Shown: positions 34,380-38,473 of the stretch, one piece after another | How the letters are laid out: every line of letters begins with the position of its first letter | How positions within the stretch are numbered: the stretch's first letter is position 1 | Origin: Octopus sinensis | Lineage: Eukaryota | Reading direction: 5' to 3' | DNA: 38,473 nt | NCBI RefSeq assembly: GCF_006345805.1 | Contig: NW_021835473.1 | Span: 1 to 38,473 of the forward strand | Made by a program: the position numbers and the translations under genes | The notes under the pieces: generated by a model | Databases searched by the model: none | Told to the model about the DNA's origin: nothing | Seen by the model: the letters and a program-made list of their open reading frames with translations, nothing else

Positions 34380-35640
34380 ACGAGATCTACCGCGCACTAT
34401 CTGTAGTCTATGCTGTGAAATAACCTCATCTGTTTTTCTCAATTTTCATCCTATGAATGTATTACTGGGATTAGGATTAGGGTTGGATTGAGCTTTTCCC
34501 CAGTCACACCTTCATCGTATTTGCTAGAAAGTAGTGAGAAAAGATGCTGCCGATTCGTTTGTGGGTTTCCTAAAAGAAATACGAAGCATCATCGTTAAAG
34601 GATTCAAGTGTAAATTCTGTCAGCAGTTCCGTCTGTCATTAAGAATAAATAATTATTCAATATTATTCAACTTGATTTTATAATCGTGCAGTATAAATGG
34701 TTGTGGTGGAAGTAGACGGCACACAAAAGTGACATAGAATTAATTGGCGGCCGGAAATGAGTGTAGAGCGAAATATTTCGATATTTTGGTCTTACCTCGG
34801 TCTTAATCAGTCGTTTTTCCTCTGCCAGGTCGTGTCAGGACGTCGACGAAGAACAAGAGAAACGACAGAACCTAATTTACAACTCAAATAAACAGACATT
34901 CGCTTTCCGTTTACCATAAGAGATGGAGGAGGAAGAAACAAGGTTCGAACACGCTTCGTTTCTCTCTAAATTACAAAAAAAAAAAAAAACCACGCCTTCT
35001 TCTGCTCCAGCCACATCTTTAGGGGCCGCCTGGTGACGTCACGTCCGCTTTCCCTATCAGACAATCAATGTCCCCCGATGCGGTTTCGATTCCCGGACCG
35101 GGCGATGCGTTGTGTTTATTAAGCAAAACACTTCGGATCTTTTTAGCCCCTTGCATAGGAGAATGGAAGAAGCACCCGCGTACAAGGCGAAAGACTACGC
35201 CCGTGTAGCCAGCAGCCTGGGAGAAGCAACTTCTGCTCAATGTTCTTGCTATTTGTGAGTAAATCTAAGAAGAAAAAAAAACAGAACCAAAGCCTTAAAA
35301 TTGTGATACCTGTGCAGGTGGCACGTAAAAAGTATTCCCGGATTACTGTAAGCCAGGTAAGAGATCCGGCACGTACGATAGATCGATAGATAGGTGTGGA
35401 TATCTTACCCGTTATGCTTTACAAATCAATATTTAGCGTGAAAATATATTTACTCACATCAAAATCTCCGTGAAGACATACAAAAACACGTTATGGTTCT
35501 TCTGCCGATTCCAGAGACAGCAGAGAAAGGTTCCCGCTGGATGCGATCGAAGAGGGACAAAAATCGACTTCGAAACTCTTTGAAGACAAAATTTTTGCGT
35601 CTTTAGCGCGAAGGGAAGTAACTCTGGGCATGTCTTTCTG
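34380..35640. promoter_or_regulatory. CpG-rich promoter region with candidate first exons
   Basis: CpG density is clearly above the flanks. TGACGTCA at 35034-35041 and ETS-like CCGGAAAT at 34751-34758. Minus-strand donors GAG|GTAAGA (34796/34795) and GAT|GTGAGT (35458/35457). Confidence 0.6.
35331..35505 (-). repeat. Inverted-repeat partner of 36659-36833 (candidate exon-1/donor block)
   Basis: AAGCCAGGTAAGAGATCCGGCACGTACGAT...TACTCACATCAAAATCTCCGTGAAGACA is mirrored at 36659-36833, roughly 85% identical by eye. Confidence 0.9.
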
Positions 35641-35671
35641 GTGGCATTGACCTTTCACTGCCACAAGAACC

Positions 35672-35780
35672 TATTTCTTTTACTACCCCCAAGGGGCCAA
35701 ACGCAGAGAGGACAAACAAGGATAGACGAACGGATTAAGTCGATTATATCGACCCAGTGCCGTAACTGGTACTTATTTCT
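35672..35780 (-). mobile_element. SINE family B 3' part
   Basis: GGACAAACAAGG..GGATTAAGTCGATTATATCGACCCAGTGCCGTAACTGGTACTTA. Confidence 0.75.
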
Positions 35781-36289
35781 TTATTTCTACTTCTATATAA
35801 ATAAGTTTAACAGGGTGCCAGGGAGTCTTTCCGGATCTTTTCCGTTTGACCGGCAGTTTTTTAAAATAATTTCCACGAAACTAAAAACTTTTAAACTTCG
35901 TATTCTGGTAGAATGTGTTTATAAAACATCATTTTCTCTTGGCTTTATTGAGAAAATTCTATATTTTGTAAGATATTTATTGCTGTTTTTTCTTTAATTT
36001 CTGCAATTTCAACCAATCAATGACCTCTATTGAGGTGAAAACATCCTGTGCCGTATGAATATGTCCCTCGTTTAAGAAACAGATTGGGTTTATTTACATT
36101 TGTGAAGAAAAAAAGATACCCTTCCCCCGGGTCGTCTAAAACCTTGTCACTAGACTCGCATGATGGAATCTTTGTAGAAGCCTTTTTGTGTATGGTGCAG
36201 CCTTCCAGCTCGCCATTCCTCTTCAAACCGTCGAACCCATGCCAGCAGTAGGGTTAGGGTTAAATTATGATATTTATATATTGGAAATA

Positions 36290-36403
36290 TTTCAGTGGTA
36301 TTTACTTCATTGACCACCAAAAACGAATTTGAACTCAACGTAAAACGGTCAAAATACCGCCAAGGATTTCGTCCAACGAGCAAACGGTTCTGTCAGCTCG
36401 CCA
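36290..36403 (-). mobile_element. SINE family B 5' part, degenerate
   Basis: GAATTTGAACTCAACGTAAA..TTCTGTCAGCTCGCC. Confidence 0.6.
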
Positions 36404-36658
36404 ACTGAAGTAACCTTAATCACCATGAAGTATAAACTATGTCTTTTTCAACATTACCAGCAAGGCCGCTGCTGACAATAATGAAGATTCGTTTATCATA
36501 GCGAGATGCTAACCACAGTAACCATGGTGATTGGCATCAAACTATTGCAAGTTCCCGCTTTATGATAACATTCTTGGTTTTATTCATTAGAGAGCGTTGG
36601 GTTTATTGTTGTCACATGACACACCGTACTTCCGTTTCTTCTGCAACCTGCTTCAATG

Positions 36659-36833
36659 GACAGAAGAACAGAAAAGGGTTTTTCGTTGTCTTCACGGAGA
36701 TTTTGATGTGAGTAAATATATTTTCACTCTAAATATTGATTTGTGTAGCATAACAAGTAAGATATACACACCTATCTATCGATCGATCGTACGTGCCGGA
36801 TCTCTTACCTGGCTTCCAGAAATCCGGCAATAC
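36659..36833 (+). repeat. Candidate ZNF-C exon 1/donor block, inverted partner of 35331-35505
   Basis: Donor GAT|GTGAGT at 36707/36708; ETS-like ACTTCCG about 36628 just upstream. Confidence 0.8.
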
Positions 36834-36921
36834 TTATACCGTGTATTGAGTATTCGGTTCCGCCCTTCCCGTCTCGGAATTTCTCCGTCGTGGCAGGGAG
36901 TTTTCCGATATTTTTTTCTTT

Positions 36922-36959
<38 letters not shown>

Positions 36960-37736
36960 TTTTTCGTTTCTTACACACAGTCCTATTCCACCAGTTTTCC
37001 CCTTTTCCTAACCAATTTCGGTCCATTTTCTGGGCATGATGCACTTGGAAAAAAGTAGGAGAAACCTTTTTGGTAAAAAAAGAATTAAAAGTAGATATTT
37101 TCAGAAGTAAAGGTGTGTGATTTAATGGTGATTTGGCTGTTATGTCTAGCATATCCCATAACCACATTCCCCGATTCTTTCTCACTCAGGCAAGTTTACA
37201 GATTTTTAGATTCCACCCAATGTTATTTGATGTCATTTGTTAATCAATGTAGAAATGTTGTAACACTTCCAATTTGATCTCTCCTCTCTATCTAAATACT
37301 GTTTCTTTATTATTTCAGATTCACAGATGACATTGGCACAAAACGACTTTTGTACATTGGATACATCTGGAATATTTACCATGTTTTCTTGAAGACGAAA
37401 TGAAAACGTTTTAGAGAACAGATATAATAACCCAACTGCTATAAATCCAAGATTGAATTACTGTGAAATATTTGCCCTGAGCAACAATTCATAGCAACAT
37501 TTCTCCATCTCCTTACCTGGTGCTTTTGCATTCTAATTAAACTTGAATATATTTACAAAGGAGTTTGCAGCCTCTTTAGATATCAATAAAAGAGCAGTGG
37601 AAATACTTCTAAGAAATAAACTATAACAAGAAGAAGAAGAAGGAAATTACATGCTGAGGTGAGAGAAGAAAGATAAGGGGAAAATTTAATACTGTGAGAA
37701 ACTTTAACGGTTGGGTCTATTTTGTCTCTTGGAGAA

Positions 37737-38473
37737 ATGTCAAAAGAATTAGGGAAATCACGATATTCTTGTGAAATCTGTGGTAAGTCATTCTCTGTAT
37801 GTAGTAATGTGATTAAACACATTCGTGTTCATACAGGTGAGAAGCCATTTCACTGTGATACCTGTGGTAAATCATTCTCTCAAAACAATCACTTAACTAA
37901 ACATAAACGTGTTCATACAGGTGAGAGACCATTTCACTGTGAAATCTGCGGTAAAGCATTCTCTCAGACCAGTGACTTAACGAACCACAAACGTATTCAT
38001 ACAGGTGAGAAGCCATATCACTGTGTTACCTGTGGGAAATCATTCTCTCAAAACAGTGCTTTAACTAAACACAAACGTATTCATACGGGAGAGAAACCCT
38101 ATCACTGTGATGTCTGTGGCAAGGCATTCTCTGCAAATAGTAACTTAACCAGTCACAAGCATATTCATACAGGGGAGAGACCATATCATTGTGACATCTG
38201 TGGTAAATCCTTTTCTGCAAGTAGTACATTAAGTACACACAAACGCTTTCATTCAGGAGATAGACAAAACTACTGTGATATCTGTGGTAAATCATTCTTT
38301 GGAATTAGTGACTTGACTAAACACAAACGTACTCATTCTGGGGAGAAACCATATCATTGTGTTATCTGTGGTAAATCATTCTCTGCAAACAGTACCTTAA
38401 CTCAGCACAAACGTGTTCATACAGGGGAGAAGCCATATCACTGTGATATTTGCGGTCTCTCATTCTCTCAAAA
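37737..38473 (+). CDS. C2H2 zinc-finger protein C (8 complete fingers plus a partial ninth; runs off the window)
   Basis: ATG at 37737 ([37 protein letters not shown]...), open to the end of the window and absent from the ORF track. Acceptor TTATTATTTCAG at 37317-37318. Confidence 0.92.
   Translation, partial: MSKELGKSRYSCEICGKSFSVCSNVIKHIRVHTGEKPFHCDTCGKSFSQNNHLTKHKRVHTGERPFHCEICGKAFSQTSDLTNHKRIHTGEKPYHCVTCGKSFSQNSALTKHKRIHTGEKPYHCDVCGKAFSANSNLTSHKHIHTGERPYHCDICGKSFSASSTLSTHKRFHSGDRQNYCDICGKSFFGISDLTKHKRTHSGEKPYHCVICGKSFSANSTLTQHKRVHTGEKPYHCDICGLSFSQ

Noticed and set aside
35805-36130. Possible DNA-transposon or MITE-like repeat
   Set aside because: It looks repeat-like, but no TIR, TSD or second copy could be established in this window.
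36249-36262. TAGGGTTAGGGTTA telomere-like motif
   Set aside because: Only about two units, so chance or a repeat tail is likely.
38065-38295. Minus-strand ORF over ZNF-C
   Set aside because: Antisense shadow of the finger repeats.

Overview
AT-rich, repeat-dense eukaryotic DNA, most likely from an octopus (inferred from the SINE families, RTE retroposons and KRAB-less C2H2 cluster). No rRNA, intact tRNA or CRISPR array was found. Protein-coding content: one intronless 1872-aa ORF (3135-8753, minus) that looks like about six tandem NHL-like beta-propellers; a deleted, diverged paralogous fragment of it (18583-19105); and three tandem C2H2 zinc-finger exons (26609-27220 minus, 31372-32553 minus, 37737 to window end plus) around a CpG-rich promoter region at about 34.4-36.9 kb. 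The remainder is mobile DNA: Helitron, Penelope-like (PLE), RTE and pogo remnants, Tc1 and piggyBac MITEs, two SINE families and microsatellites, which account for most short ORFs in the track. Best leads: (1) the multi-propeller protein and its duplicated unit; (2) an inverted ZNF duplication in which one ZNF exon appears to sit inside the intron of another; (3) a PLE 3' region with six CRE-CCAAT modules at an invariant 12-nt spacing, then a TATA box and a hammerhead-like motif; (4) an RTE 3' UTR higher-order repeat in which each unit could fold into an H-type pseudoknot. All alignments, identities and folds were done by eye.
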